Below, piece by piece: positions 53,434 to 64,000 of a DNA stretch of 64,000 nucleotides. Origin of the DNA: Felis catus (Eukaryota). The position numbers and the translations under genes were made by a program. The stretch is taken from NCBI RefSeq assembly GCF_018350175.1, contig NC_058368.1:229340001-229404000 (forward strand), read 5' to 3'. Position 1 is the stretch's first letter; each line of letters opens with the position of its first letter. The notes beneath the pieces were generated by a model. It was given only the letters and a program-made list of their open reading frames with translations. It had not been told where the DNA came from and did not search any database.

Positions 53434-54944
53434 GGAGAACTTTTACACATAACAAATCCATCCTAGCAAAACACCACAGAAAACAAGTGTAGTTACACCT
53501 AAACCAGCAAATGCCAAAAGTGGATCCTACTTCCCCCTTCTAGAGGCAGGGTGTTGTAGTGAAAACCTTACAGGGAGCCAGGAATTTTATGCTCACCAGG
53601 TGGCCACTAGGCCCCAAGTGGTGTTAATGCAAACCACATAGGGAGCTTGGATTCCCATTCCCACCTGACAGTAACAAGTCATCCCTTCCCCTTCTTGTGT
53701 ACAAGGAGACCTAATAGAAAGTCAAATTTTACTTTAGCCCACCAGTAACAAAAACTACCCAGTTCTGTGGTGTTAGAGGAAGTTATATTTGGAGCAATAA
53801 TGAAGTATATCAACCTCTCCAATCTAGGGAGGCATCAGCGGAGACCAAGTGGGGAGCCAGTCCTCTCATGCCTGCCTGGGAGCAATCAGCAATCCCCTCA
53901 GGTGTCAACTTGAGCTGAGTGGAGAACGAAGGTGTCTAATTCCACCTTACTCTTTTCCCCGGAGCAGTATCAGAAGAAGCCAGGTAATCCAGAAGCTTTA
54001 ATAATATCCAGAATCTCATAACATAATACTCAAAATGTCCAGATATCAACTGAAAACCATTTGTCATACTAAGAACCAGGGAAGAAACAAAGTAAAGACA
54101 ATAAATGCCAACACTGAAACGGCAGAGGTTAGAATTATCAAAGAAAGATTTTAAAGCAGCCATCATAGAAATGTTTCAGTGAGCAATTGCAAACACACTT
54201 GAAAGAAATTAAATAATTGAAAGTCTCAGCAAAGAAATAGAAAAGCCTTAGCAAATAAATGGAATATTTTAAAGCACTATCAAATGGAAACTTTAGAACT
54301 GCAAAATATAAGGAACAAATAAGGAACACCTCAATGAATGAGTTCAACAACAAAATGGTGGGGACAGAGGAAAGAATCTGTAAACCTGAAGAAAGATCAA
54401 AAGAAACTATCCAAGCTGAACAGAGGGAAAATAAACTGGGGTAAAAAATCAACAGAGCCACAGGGCACCAGGGGACAAAAGCCAAACAAAACAAATAAGC
54501 AAACACTGTCATTGGTGTTCTCAGAGTCATGACAGAAAAGAAAGACAGGGAAGGATGGAAAAAGTATTCAAGTAAATAATGACTGAAAACTTCCCAAGTT
54601 TTTAAGGTTTGCAGAAACCATAAAACAACAGACTCAAGAAGTTGAGCATACACCAATCAGAATAAACTAAGTTTATACCAAGACAAATCATAGTCAAATA
54701 GTTGAAAATTAAAGAGTAAGAAAATATGGAGAAAGCAGCAAGGCGCACGCGTGCACACACACACACACGCACACACACACATCTTCCCCATTGGGGGGAA
54801 ACAATTCAAATGACAGGAGATATCTCATGAGAAGCCATGGACACCAGAAATATGAATTAGAACATTTTTCGAAGGTCTGATAGAAAAGAACTCTTAACCC
54901 AAAAACTTATACCCACAGAAAATATCCTTCAAATATGAAGGTGA

Positions 54945-54978
54945 AATGGCAAGATTTTCTTGTTTCTCATGGCTGAAT

Positions 54979-55049
<71 letters not shown>

Positions 55050-55633
55050 TCATTGCCCATTCATCCACTGATGGACACGAGGTTTTTCCATATATTGTTA
55101 ATAATGCTGCAATAAACATGGGAGTGCAGATGTCTCCTTGGTATCCTGTTTTCATTTCCATTGGATATATACCTAGAAGTGCACGAATGGACCTTGATGG
55201 CTTTATATATGTGAGATAAGTCTGACAGAGAAAGAATAATACTGTATGATATCATTGATATGTGGAATCTTTAAAAAGCTGAACTCATAAAAACAGAGAG
55301 TAGAATAGTGATTACCATGGGATATGGGGTGGTGGACCTGGGGAAGTGTTTTTTAAGGGTATAAACTTGCAACCAATGGATAAATCAGTCCCAGAGATAT
55401 AATGCCCAGCATAGTGGTCATAAGTAACAATATTGTATTATAAACTTTAAAGTTGCTAAGAAGCTAGATCTTAATTTTCCCACCATAAAAATGATCATTA
55501 TGAGATATGATAGAGGTGTTACCTAATGATGCAGTTGTAATCATGCTGCAATATATAAAGGTACCAAATCAACATGTTGTATACCTTAAACTTATACAAT
55601 GTCATATGTCAATTATATCTCAATTAAAAAAAA
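54945..55633 (+). mobile_element. 5'-inverted (twin-primed) L1MA-like 3' fragment
   Basis: 54945-55181 antisense ORF2-end segment; 55182-55633 sense 3'UTR ending gtcaattatatctcaattaaaaaaa; TSD aa(at/ga)atgaagg(t/a)gaaa. Confidence 0.85.
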
Positions 55634-55761
55634 AGAATGAAGGAGAAACCAAGACATTCCTAGATAAAAAGAAACAGAATTTGTTGAAAGGATATGTACT
55701 CTAAAGAATGGCTAAATAAATTGTATAAACTGAAAGGGATTCATATAAGACTATCTTTTGT

Positions 55762-55975
55762 GGGGCGCCTGGGTAGCTCAGTCAGTTGAACATCAGATTC
55801 TTAATTTTGACTCAGGTCATGATCCCAGGGTAGTGGGATCAAGCCCCATAACAGGCTCCATGCTGAGTGTGCAGCCTGCTTGAGATTCTCTCTCCCTCTT
55901 TCTCTCTCTCTCTCTCTCTCTCCCCCCACACCCATGCCCCTTCTCTCCCTCTTCTCCAATAAAATTTTTAAACAT
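55762..55975 (+). mobile_element. Can-SINE (older subfamily)
   Basis: Head, caggtcatgatcccagg, (CT)n, A tail. Confidence 0.94.
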
Positions 55976-56068
55976 TAGAAAAAAGAAGATGGTTGTAACA
56001 GGAAAAAGAAGAGATCATGGTAAGCAAAAATATGGGTATATACAATAAACTTTTCTTCCATTCTTGAG

Positions 56069-56491
56069 GGATTTTTTTTACTTTAAATCTAGTTAACATA
56101 TAGTGTAATAATGATTTCAGGAATAGAGTTTAGTGATTCATCACTTACATATGACACCCAGTGCTCATCCCAACAAGTGCCCTCTTCAATGTCCCTCACC
56201 CATTTAGCCTATCTCCCCACCCAAGACCCCACCTGCAACCCTCAGTTTGTATTTAAGAGTATGAAATACTCTTTAATAGTCTCTTACGGTTTGTCTCCCT
56301 GTCTTTTTTATCTTATTTTTTCTTCCCTTCCCATATGATAATTTACCTGGTTTCTTAAATCCCACATATGAGTGAAATCATATGATATTGGTCTTTCTCT
56401 GACTTATTTCACTTAGCTTAATATACTCTAGTTCCATCCACGTTGTTGCAAATGACAATATTTCATTCTTTTTGATAGCCAAGCAATATTC

Positions 56492-56541
<50 letters not shown>

Positions 56542-58625
56542 CTCACATCTTTATCAATACATCATTTGGGCTCTTTCCATACTTTGGCTATTGTCGATAG
56601 CACTGCTATAAACATTGGGGTGCCTGTGCCCCTTCAAATCAGCATTTTTGTATCCTTTGGATAACTAACTAGTAGTACAATTGCTGGGCCATAGGGTACT
56701 TCTATTTTTATTTCATTGAGGAACCTCCATACTCTTTTCCAGGCTGTACTAGTTTGCATTCCCACCAGCAGTACAAAAGGGTGCTTCTTTCTCCGCATCC
56801 TCATCAACATCTGTTGTTATCTGAGTTGCTAATTTTAGCCATTCTGACAGGTGTGAGGTGGTATCTCACTGTTGTTTTGATTTGTATTTCCTTGATTATG
56901 AGTGATGTTGAGCATCTTTTCATGTGACTGTTAGCCATCTGGATGTGTTCTCTGGAAAAGCGTCTATGTCTTTTGCTCATTTCTTCACTGAATTATTTGT
57001 TTTTTGGATGTTGAGTTCTTTATAGATTTTGGATACTAACCCTTTTTTTCATATGCCATTTGCAAATATCTTCTCCCATTCCATTGGTTGCCTTTTAGTT
57101 TTGCTGATTGTTTCCTTCACTGTGTAGAAGCTTTTTATCTTGATGAGGTCCCAATAGTTCATTTTTGCTTTTGTTTCATTGCCTCTAGAGACATGTCAAG
57201 TAAGTCGTTGCTGCAACCGAGGTCAAAGAAACTGTTGCCCATTTTATCCTCTAGAATTTTGATGGCTTCCTTTCTTATGTTTAGGTCTTTTATCCATTTT
57301 GAGTTCATTTTTGCGTATTGTGTAAGGAAATGGTCCAGGTTCAATCTTCTACATGTCACTGTCCAGTTTTCCCAACACCATTTGCTGAAGAGTGTCTATT
57401 TTCCATTGGATATTCTATACTACATTGTCAAAGATTGGGTGGCCATACATCGGTGGGTCCATTCCTGGGTTCTCTGTTCTGTTCCATTGATCTATGTGTC
57501 TGTTTTGGTGACAGTACCACACTGTCTTGATGATTACAGCTCTGTAATACAGCTTGAAGTCTGGAATTGTGATGCCTCCAGCTTTGTTTTTTGTTGTTGT
57601 TGTTGTTTTGTTTGTTTTTTCAACATTACTTTGGCTATTTGGGGTCTTTTGTGGTTCCGTACAAATTTTAGAATTGTTTGTTCTAGCTCTGTGAAGAATG
57701 CTGGAGTTATTTTGATAAGGATTGCATTGGATATGTAGATTGCTTTGGATAGTATCAACATTTTAACAATATTTGTTCTTCCAATTCATGAGTATGGAAT
57801 GTTTTTCCATTTATCGTGTTTTCTTCAATTTCTTCCATAAGCTTTCTATAGTTTTTGTTGTATAGATTTTTCACCTCTTTGGTTAGGTTTATTCCTAGGT
57901 ATTTTATGGGTTTTGGCGCAATTATAAATGGGACCAATTGCTTGATTTCTCTTTCTGCTGTTTCATTATTGGTGTATAGGAATGCAACCAATTTCTGTAT
58001 ATTGATTTTATGTCCTGTGACTTTGCTGAATTCATGTATTAGTTCTAGCAGTTTTTTGGTGGAACCTTTTGGGTTTTCCACACAGACTATCATGTCATCT
58101 GCGAAGAGTAAAAGTTTGACTTCCTCCTGGCCAATTTGGACTCCATATTCTCTTTGTGTTGTCTGATTGCTGAGGCTAGGACTTCCAATCCTATGTTGAA
58201 TAACAGTGGTGAGAGTTGACATCCCTGTCATGTTCCTCACCTTAGGGGAAAAGATCTCAGTTTTTCCCCATTGAGGATGATTTTAGCGGTGGGTCTTTTA
58301 TATATGGCCTTTATGATCTCAAGGTATGTTCTTTATATCCCTACTTTCTTGAGGGTTTTTATCAAGAAAGGATGCTGTATTTTGTCAAATGCTTTTCTGC
58401 TTCTGTTGAGAGGATCATCTGGTTCTTATCCTTTCTTTTATTAATGTGATGTATCACATTGATTTATTTGCAAATATTGAACCAGTTCTGCCTCAGGAAT
58501 GAATCCCACTTGATCATGATGAATAATTCTTTTAATGCATTGTTGGATCTAGTTTGCTAGTATTTTGGTGAGAAAAATCCATGTACATCAGGGAAATTGG
58601 TCTGTAGTTCTCTTTAGTGGGATCT
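56069..58625 (-). mobile_element. 5'-truncated carnivore L1 (ORF2 RT/C-terminal part + 3'UTR), defective
   Basis: ORF 57755-58240 encodes [14 protein letters not shown]...[15 protein letters not shown] (L1 RT with FADD motif); frameshifted; TSD ttcttgag at 56061-56068 and 58626-58633; (TG)n at 56494-56539. Confidence 0.97.
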
Positions 58626-59289
58626 TTCTTGAGTTTTCTAAATTGTGTGTTTCAGTTGAAGGAAACACAACTATCTAACGTTATTCTAAATGACTATTAT
58701 ATTATAAACACAGTAGGATAGAAGAATAAAAAGGAAGAAGGTAAGGTTTCTACACTTCATTGTTAACTGTGTTAAAAGTTATTACACCAGAGGTACGTGA
58801 TTATATAGACATACTATAAATGGCTCAAAATATTCAGAATTAGAAGAACAAAGTGGAGTGAATCTGTCTACCTAATATCAAGACATTATAAAGTCATTAG
58901 ATGACTACAATAATCAGGAGTGTATGGTATTGGCAGAGGGATAGACACATAGCCCAATGAAACAGAATAGAAAACTCAGAAATATATCCTCACACTAAAA
59001 TGTGTAACTTTCCAACAAATATTTAAGTGCAACTCAATGATAGAAAGAAAATCGTTTCAATAAATGAACAAATGGACATCCATAGACAATAGCCAATTGG
59101 ATTGATGGATGGATGGATGGATGGATAAAATAATTTTGACCTAAGTTTCATACCATACACAAAAATTTAACTCAAAATAGACCACAGATTTTAATGTAAG
59201 AAAATATCTTTAAAAAAAATAAGAGAAAACCTTTGGGATCTGGTGTTAGGCAAGATTTCTTCCACTTGACATCAAAAGCATGATCTATT

Positions 59290-59500
59290 GGGGCACCTGG
59301 GTGGCTCAGCTGGTTAAGTGTCCAGCTTTGGCTCATGTCATGATCTCATGGTTCATGGGTTTGAGCCTCGGATCGGGCTCTGTGCTGACAGCTCAGAGCC
59401 TGGAGCCTGCTTCAGGTTCTATGTCTCCCTTTCTCTTTGCCCCTCCCCTGCTTGTGCTCTCTCTCTCTCAAAAATAAATAAATTCTAAATTTTTTAAAAT
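59290..59500 (+). mobile_element. Can-SINE (felid type)
   Basis: TSD aaa(g/a)catgatc(t/c)at. Confidence 0.95.
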
Positions 59501-60089
59501 AAAACATGATCCATAAAAGAAAAAAAATGTATAAATTGAATTTTGTCAAAACCTCAAACTTTTGGTCTGTGAAAGACCTGTTAAGAGAATGAAACGACAA
59601 TGTAGAGAATATGAGAAAATATTTGCAGAAGTATCTAGAATATATAAAGAACTTTCAAAAAAGTAAAAAAAAGAAAAGAAAAGAAAAAAAAAGCCAATTT
59701 GAAAATCAATAGAAGACATGAAGAGACCTTTCACTGAAGAATATATACAAACAGCAAAAAACCACACGAGAAGAAGCTTAGTAGCATTAGTCACTAGGGA
59801 AATGCAAAATAAAACCACAATGAGTATCACACAAATGATAGAATGTCTATAATGAAAAATGGTAACATCAAATGCTGGCAGTGATATGGACAACTGGATC
59901 ATTCACACATTTCTTGCGGTAATATAAAATGATACAACCCCATTGGAAAATAGCTTGGCGGTTTCTTAACTAACTCGACACGCAGTTATCATATGATCCA
60001 ATAATTAGATAAACTCTCAGGCATTTTCCCAGATGATTTAAAATTTATGTTAACACAAAATTCTATACAAGAATGTGGATAGCTGTTTT

Positions 60090-60291
60090 TTTTAAGTTGA
60101 TTTATTTATTTTGGAAGAGAGAGTGTCCGCATTTCTGCAAGTGGGGAAGGGGCAGAGAAAGAAAACCCCAAGCAGACTCCATGCTGTCAATGCAGAGTCC
60201 AACACAGGGCTCAAACCCACAAACCATGAGATCATGACCTGAGCTGAAATCAAGAACCAGAGTCTTAACAGACTGAGCCACCTAGACGCCC
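60090..60291 (-). mobile_element. Can-SINE flanked by an ~82-bp direct repeat
   Basis: Repeats at 60008-60089 and 60300-60381. Confidence 0.93.
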
Positions 60292-61861
60292 AACAACTGG
60301 ATAAACTCTTGGGCATTTTCCCAGATAATTTAAAACTTAAGTTAACGCAAAATTCTATACATGGATGCGTGTAGCTGTTTTATTCATAACAGCCAAAATC
60401 TAGAAACAAACTAGATATTCTTCAGTGTGTGAATGGCTATACAAACAATGATACATCCATAGCTTGGAATAATACCAAGAAACAGGAATGAAAAGCTATT
60501 GATACATGCAACAATTTGCATGAATCACCAAAGAATTATGCCAAGTGAAAAACAGTCAACCCCAAAAGGTACCTATTGTATGATTTCACTTATTTAACAT
60601 TTTGGGAATAATAAAATTACAGAAATGGAAAACAATACAGTTATTGGGGTTAAGATGCAGGTAGGAACAGGAAGAACATGTGGATATTACAGGGCACGTA
60701 AGAGATTCTTGTGATGGAAGTGCTCTGGTTGTGATATTGTAGTTTTGCAAGGTGCTGCCTTTGGAAAAACTGACAAAGGAGTCCATGGGATCTCTCTTTT
60801 CTTTCTTAACAACAGAATATAAATCTACAAATATCTCCAAATAAAACACAATTTAAGAAGACTAAAGGCATAGGTGATATTATTATTATGTAAAGTGGAA
60901 TTATTTTTCCTCTGGCAAGCAGTTAGTGCTGTGCTAGGCTACTTTAATTAGATCAGAGATTGAGCTGACTGGTAGCTGGGATTCAGTAGTTGTGAACGTT
61001 GTTCCATTTTTGCTTTTCTTTCTTTTATGTGGTGAGCCTACAAAATTCCCCACTGAAAATCTGGCATGTTGGCCAGAGACCTCCTTCCTTGTTTGCCCCG
61101 AACCCACTGATTTTTCTTCCCAAACCACATGATAGTCTCAAGAACTTGGTTCAGGTTCTGTCTTTCAGTCACTGCCTAAGAATGCATAAATGTCTCAAGT
61201 TGCAAAGTAAAACTGAATTTGGGGCTCACCTCTCCATCTATTCCAGGATCATAGCTCCTCAAGCCCTACTTGATTTGGGAGTTCTACAAATCTAAGCGCA
61301 CTCAGTTTTCTTTCCTACTTACAGCTTATTCTGATACAAAACAGTCGATCATAACAGGAAATAGAAGTCGTCAATTTTTCTCACATAAGGAGCCAGCATA
61401 AGTTAGTAAGAGCAAGTCTTAACAGACTCTAGGAGGAAGGGAACAAGAAAAGCTAACCGCCCCACTAGGCAGCACACATTCCAATTTCTTAAATCATCCT
61501 CAGTCTAAATTTACTTAATCCCTCTTATTTTTTCTTTTTATACTTTAATGTTTCATTGAGTGATTTCTTCATATCAGTCTTTCAATCCACTGATTGTCTA
61601 TTCCACTGTGTTTATTCTTTATGATTTAGTCCATGTGAAATATATATTTCAAATATTACATTTTCATATCCAAGATTTTTGTATGACTATTTTTCAAGTT
61701 TTCCTACTTTTACCATTCACATTTTGTGTTACAAATAAATGTTTAAACTATTTCAAACTCCTTCCTATATTATTATTTCTTATTTTGGGGGTCATGAGAT
61801 ATCCTATGTTTTTGTCTTCTATATCACATGACTATGGACTTTTTAATATCCTTTCTACTGT

Positions 61862-62079
61862 AAATTTTTTTAAGTTTATTCATTTTTAGAGAGATTGAGA
61901 GAGACAGCAGGGGAGGGGTAGAGAGAGAGAGAGGGAGAGAGGGAGAAAGAATATCAAGCAGTCTCTGTACTGTCAGCACAGAGCCCAATTCAGTGCTTAA
62001 TCTCATGAACCACTGAGATCATGACCTGAGCTGAAATCAAAAGTCAGACACTTGATTGACTGAGCCATCTAGGTGTTCC
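61862..62079 (-). mobile_element. Can-SINE (older subfamily)
   Basis: Reverse body with (GA)n and T-rich tail. Confidence 0.93.
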
Positions 62080-62221
62080 AATATACTTTATACTTTTATA
62101 AATGACTACATATTCAGCAAGAATTACCTTCCACAGTAATTACACTTACTCATGACTTTGGGTCATTCCTATGGAATGAATTTGCTATGATCTCTGACCA
62201 AGTTTACAAGCTTATCAAGAC

Positions 62222-62355
62222 AAATTATTATTTTTTTAATTTATTTAATTTATTATTTATTAATTTAAATTTAAATTTAATTTTAAATTTAATTTAATTT
62301 ATTTAATTTATTATTTATTAATTTAAATTTAAATTTATTAATTTAATTTATTATT
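62222..62355. repeat. 134-bp tract with no G or C
   Basis: Read directly; contains an internal ~44-bp direct duplication. Confidence 0.95.
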
Positions 62356-62477
62356 GTTATGTAATGTGTTACCAGGGATTCAATTGTCAGTAATTTCAAT
62401 AATTTAATAGTAATATTTCAATATACAGTGACTACAGAGTAGACACTTACTTCTTATTTCACATATTATATCTCCAC

Positions 62478-62685
62478 GGCTCCTGGGTGGTTAAGCATTG
62501 GACTTTGGCTCAGGTCATGATCTCGTGGTCCATCAGTTCAAGCCCTGCATTGGGCTCTGTACTGACAGGTTGGAGCCTGGAGCCTACTTCAAATTTTGTA
62601 TCTCCTTCTCTCTCTGTGCCTCCCTTGCTCACACTCTGTTGTTCTCTCTCTCTCAAAAAAGTAAATAAACATTAAATTTTTTTTC
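62478..62685 (+). mobile_element. Can-SINE with A-box deletion
   Basis: cctgggtggttaagc lacks ctcagtcgg; TSD atattata(t/c)ctcca. Confidence 0.92.
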
Positions 62686-63265
62686 AAATATTATACCTCC
62701 AATTCCAGGATTTCTGTATGATTATTTTTCAAATTTGCCTTCTTTTGCTTTTTAATAATCCCTTCTTATGCAAACAACGGCTTAATTATTTTATATTGCT
62801 CTATTATATCTTGTTTCTTGAGTATGAAATTCCCTCTTTTTGTTGCAAAAAAAGGCTACTTAACAACCGCAATTGTATTGCAATAAACTATTCAATGATT
62901 TCGTAGTAATATCTCAATAAATATCAAAAAAACAGTGGCCAGGCAATAAACAGTATCACACATCTACTTATTTTTTAATATGTCTACAGTAAAATATATC
63001 CTTTCTAGTGTAAATTTTATAGATATTTACAAATTTATAGTATGTATTCACCATCACAATCAGAATACAGGACAATTTTATTATCCACAAAGTTCCTCCT
63101 CCCTCCACTTACATCCCCTGAAAACCATATTTGTTCTCTATCACAATAATTTTGCCTTTTTTAGGACATCATATAATTGACATTTATAATTTATAATGTT
63201 AATTCTTGATCAAAAATCAAAGGAAATTCCCCTCCTTCAAGTTGTCAAAACAATTAATAAATTAT

Positions 63266-63476
63266 TTTTTATTATTTAACTTTTTTTAGGTTTATTTATT
63301 TTTGGAGAGAGAGACAGAGACAACAAAAGTAGGGGAAGAGCAGCAAAGAGGGAGAGAATCCCAAGCAGGCTCTGCCCTGCCAGCCTACACAGGGCTCCAA
63401 CCCAGGAAGCTGTGAGATCATGACCTGAGCAGAAACTGAGTTGGAAGCTTAACCAACTGCGCCACCCAGGAGCCCC
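63266..63476 (-). mobile_element. Can-SINE (older subfamily)
   Basis: TSD aataaattatttttt. Confidence 0.93.
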
Positions 63477-63506
63477 AATAAATTATTTTTTTAAATTAGC
63501 AAGTGA

Positions 63507-63721
63507 GGGGCGCCTGGGTGGCGCAGTCGGTTAAGCGTCAGACATCAGCCAGGTCACGATCTCACGGTCCGTGAGTTCGAGCCCCGCGTCAGGCTCTGGG
63601 CTGATGGCTCAGAGCCTGGAGCCTGTTTCCGATTCTGTGTCTCCCTCTCTCTCTGCCCCTCCCCCGTTCATGCTCTGTCTCTCTCTGTCCCCCAAAAACT
63701 AAATAAACGTTGAAAAAAAAA
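63507..63721 (+). mobile_element. Young SINEC_Fc-type Can-SINE
   Basis: Perfect 18-bp TSD ttttaaattagcaagtga. Confidence 0.98.
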
Positions 63722-63940
63722 TTTTAAATTAGCAAGTGAAACTCCATAATTCCAAATGACATACCTATTCGTAAGAGTAGTTTTAATTTTTCAAACTTTT
63801 AAAAAAAGTTTTTAACATCAGATCGCCTCAAATAATAATTAAACTAAACTCCATCAAAATAGCTTTCTTGGCCATCTGCTGGTGAAATCTCTTCACTGGA
63901 ATTGTTTCAAAGGTCTGTGTAGGAATGGAGAACACCGCCT

Positions 63941-63959
63941 TACTGCCCCCTAGTGTTGG
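63941..63959 (-). promoter_or_regulatory. Candidate CTCF binding site
   Basis: Reverse complement ccaacactagggggcagta is a close match to the CTCF core (CCACYAGGKGGCRS), in apparently unique sequence. Confidence 0.6.
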
Positions 63960-64000
63960 AAGTCTATTGATACCCAAGCAGAGTGAAGAAAACCTGGTAG

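Larger units (their letters stand above)
52840..60850 (+). mobile_element. Old L1 (L1MC/MD-like): 5'UTR, ORF1 remnant, ORF2 C-terminal part and 3'UTR, with several nested inserts
   Basis: ORF1p coiled-coil remnant at 54259-54444 (NEFNNKMVGTEERICKPEERSKETIQAE); ORF2 phrases gtggtattggcagagggatagacacatag..aacagaataga; 3'UTR ending aaatctacaaatatctccaaataaaa. Confidence 0.85.

Noticed and set aside
57088..57738. Longest ORF (216 aa, + strand), and the 172-aa ORF at 54138-54656
   Set aside because: Antisense frames of L1 ORF2 and ORF1 remnants.
2141..62675. Recurring ORF families MAQSVKRPTSAQVMI... and MGQRETEHERGRGR...
   Set aside because: Conceptual translations of Can-SINEs in the two orientations, not a gene family.
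33..63721. SINE orientation skew (about 23 plus vs 13 minus) as evidence of a minus-strand host gene
   Set aside because: Too small a sample; compatible with chance.
1..64000. Prokaryotic systems (CRISPR, operons, defence islands, rRNA)
   Set aside because: The sequence is mammalian; the recurring ~200-bp units are dispersed SINEs, not regularly spaced arrays.

Overview
This is AT-rich mammalian nuclear DNA, almost certainly felid (cat family). It carries about 36 carnivore tRNA-derived Can-SINEs, six of them near-identical young SINEC_Fc-type copies. It also has old and carnivore-age L1 pieces, L2/MIR relics, ERV/MaLR solo LTRs (MLT1-, LTR16-, MER21- and MER34/39-like), Tigger and Charlie DNA-transposon MITEs (MER44, MER47, MER33) and many simple repeats. 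I see no prokaryotic features, no CpG island and no recognisable intact protein-coding gene. Nearly all ORFs in the track come from SINEs, L1 or low-complexity sequence; the only protein-level matches I trust are L1 ORF1p and ORF2p (RT) remnants. The best-supported oddities are structural: an 84-bp inverted duplication, a SINE flanked by an ~82-bp direct repeat, a twin-primed L1, nested and same-site SINE insertions, and a strong CTCF motif. The most speculative lead is a set of minus-strand exon-like segments that splice in frame and, read another way, weakly resemble ADTRP/AIG1-family proteins in colinear order. Repeat family names are from my recall of consensus sequences, not from a database search, and boundaries of old repeats are approximate.
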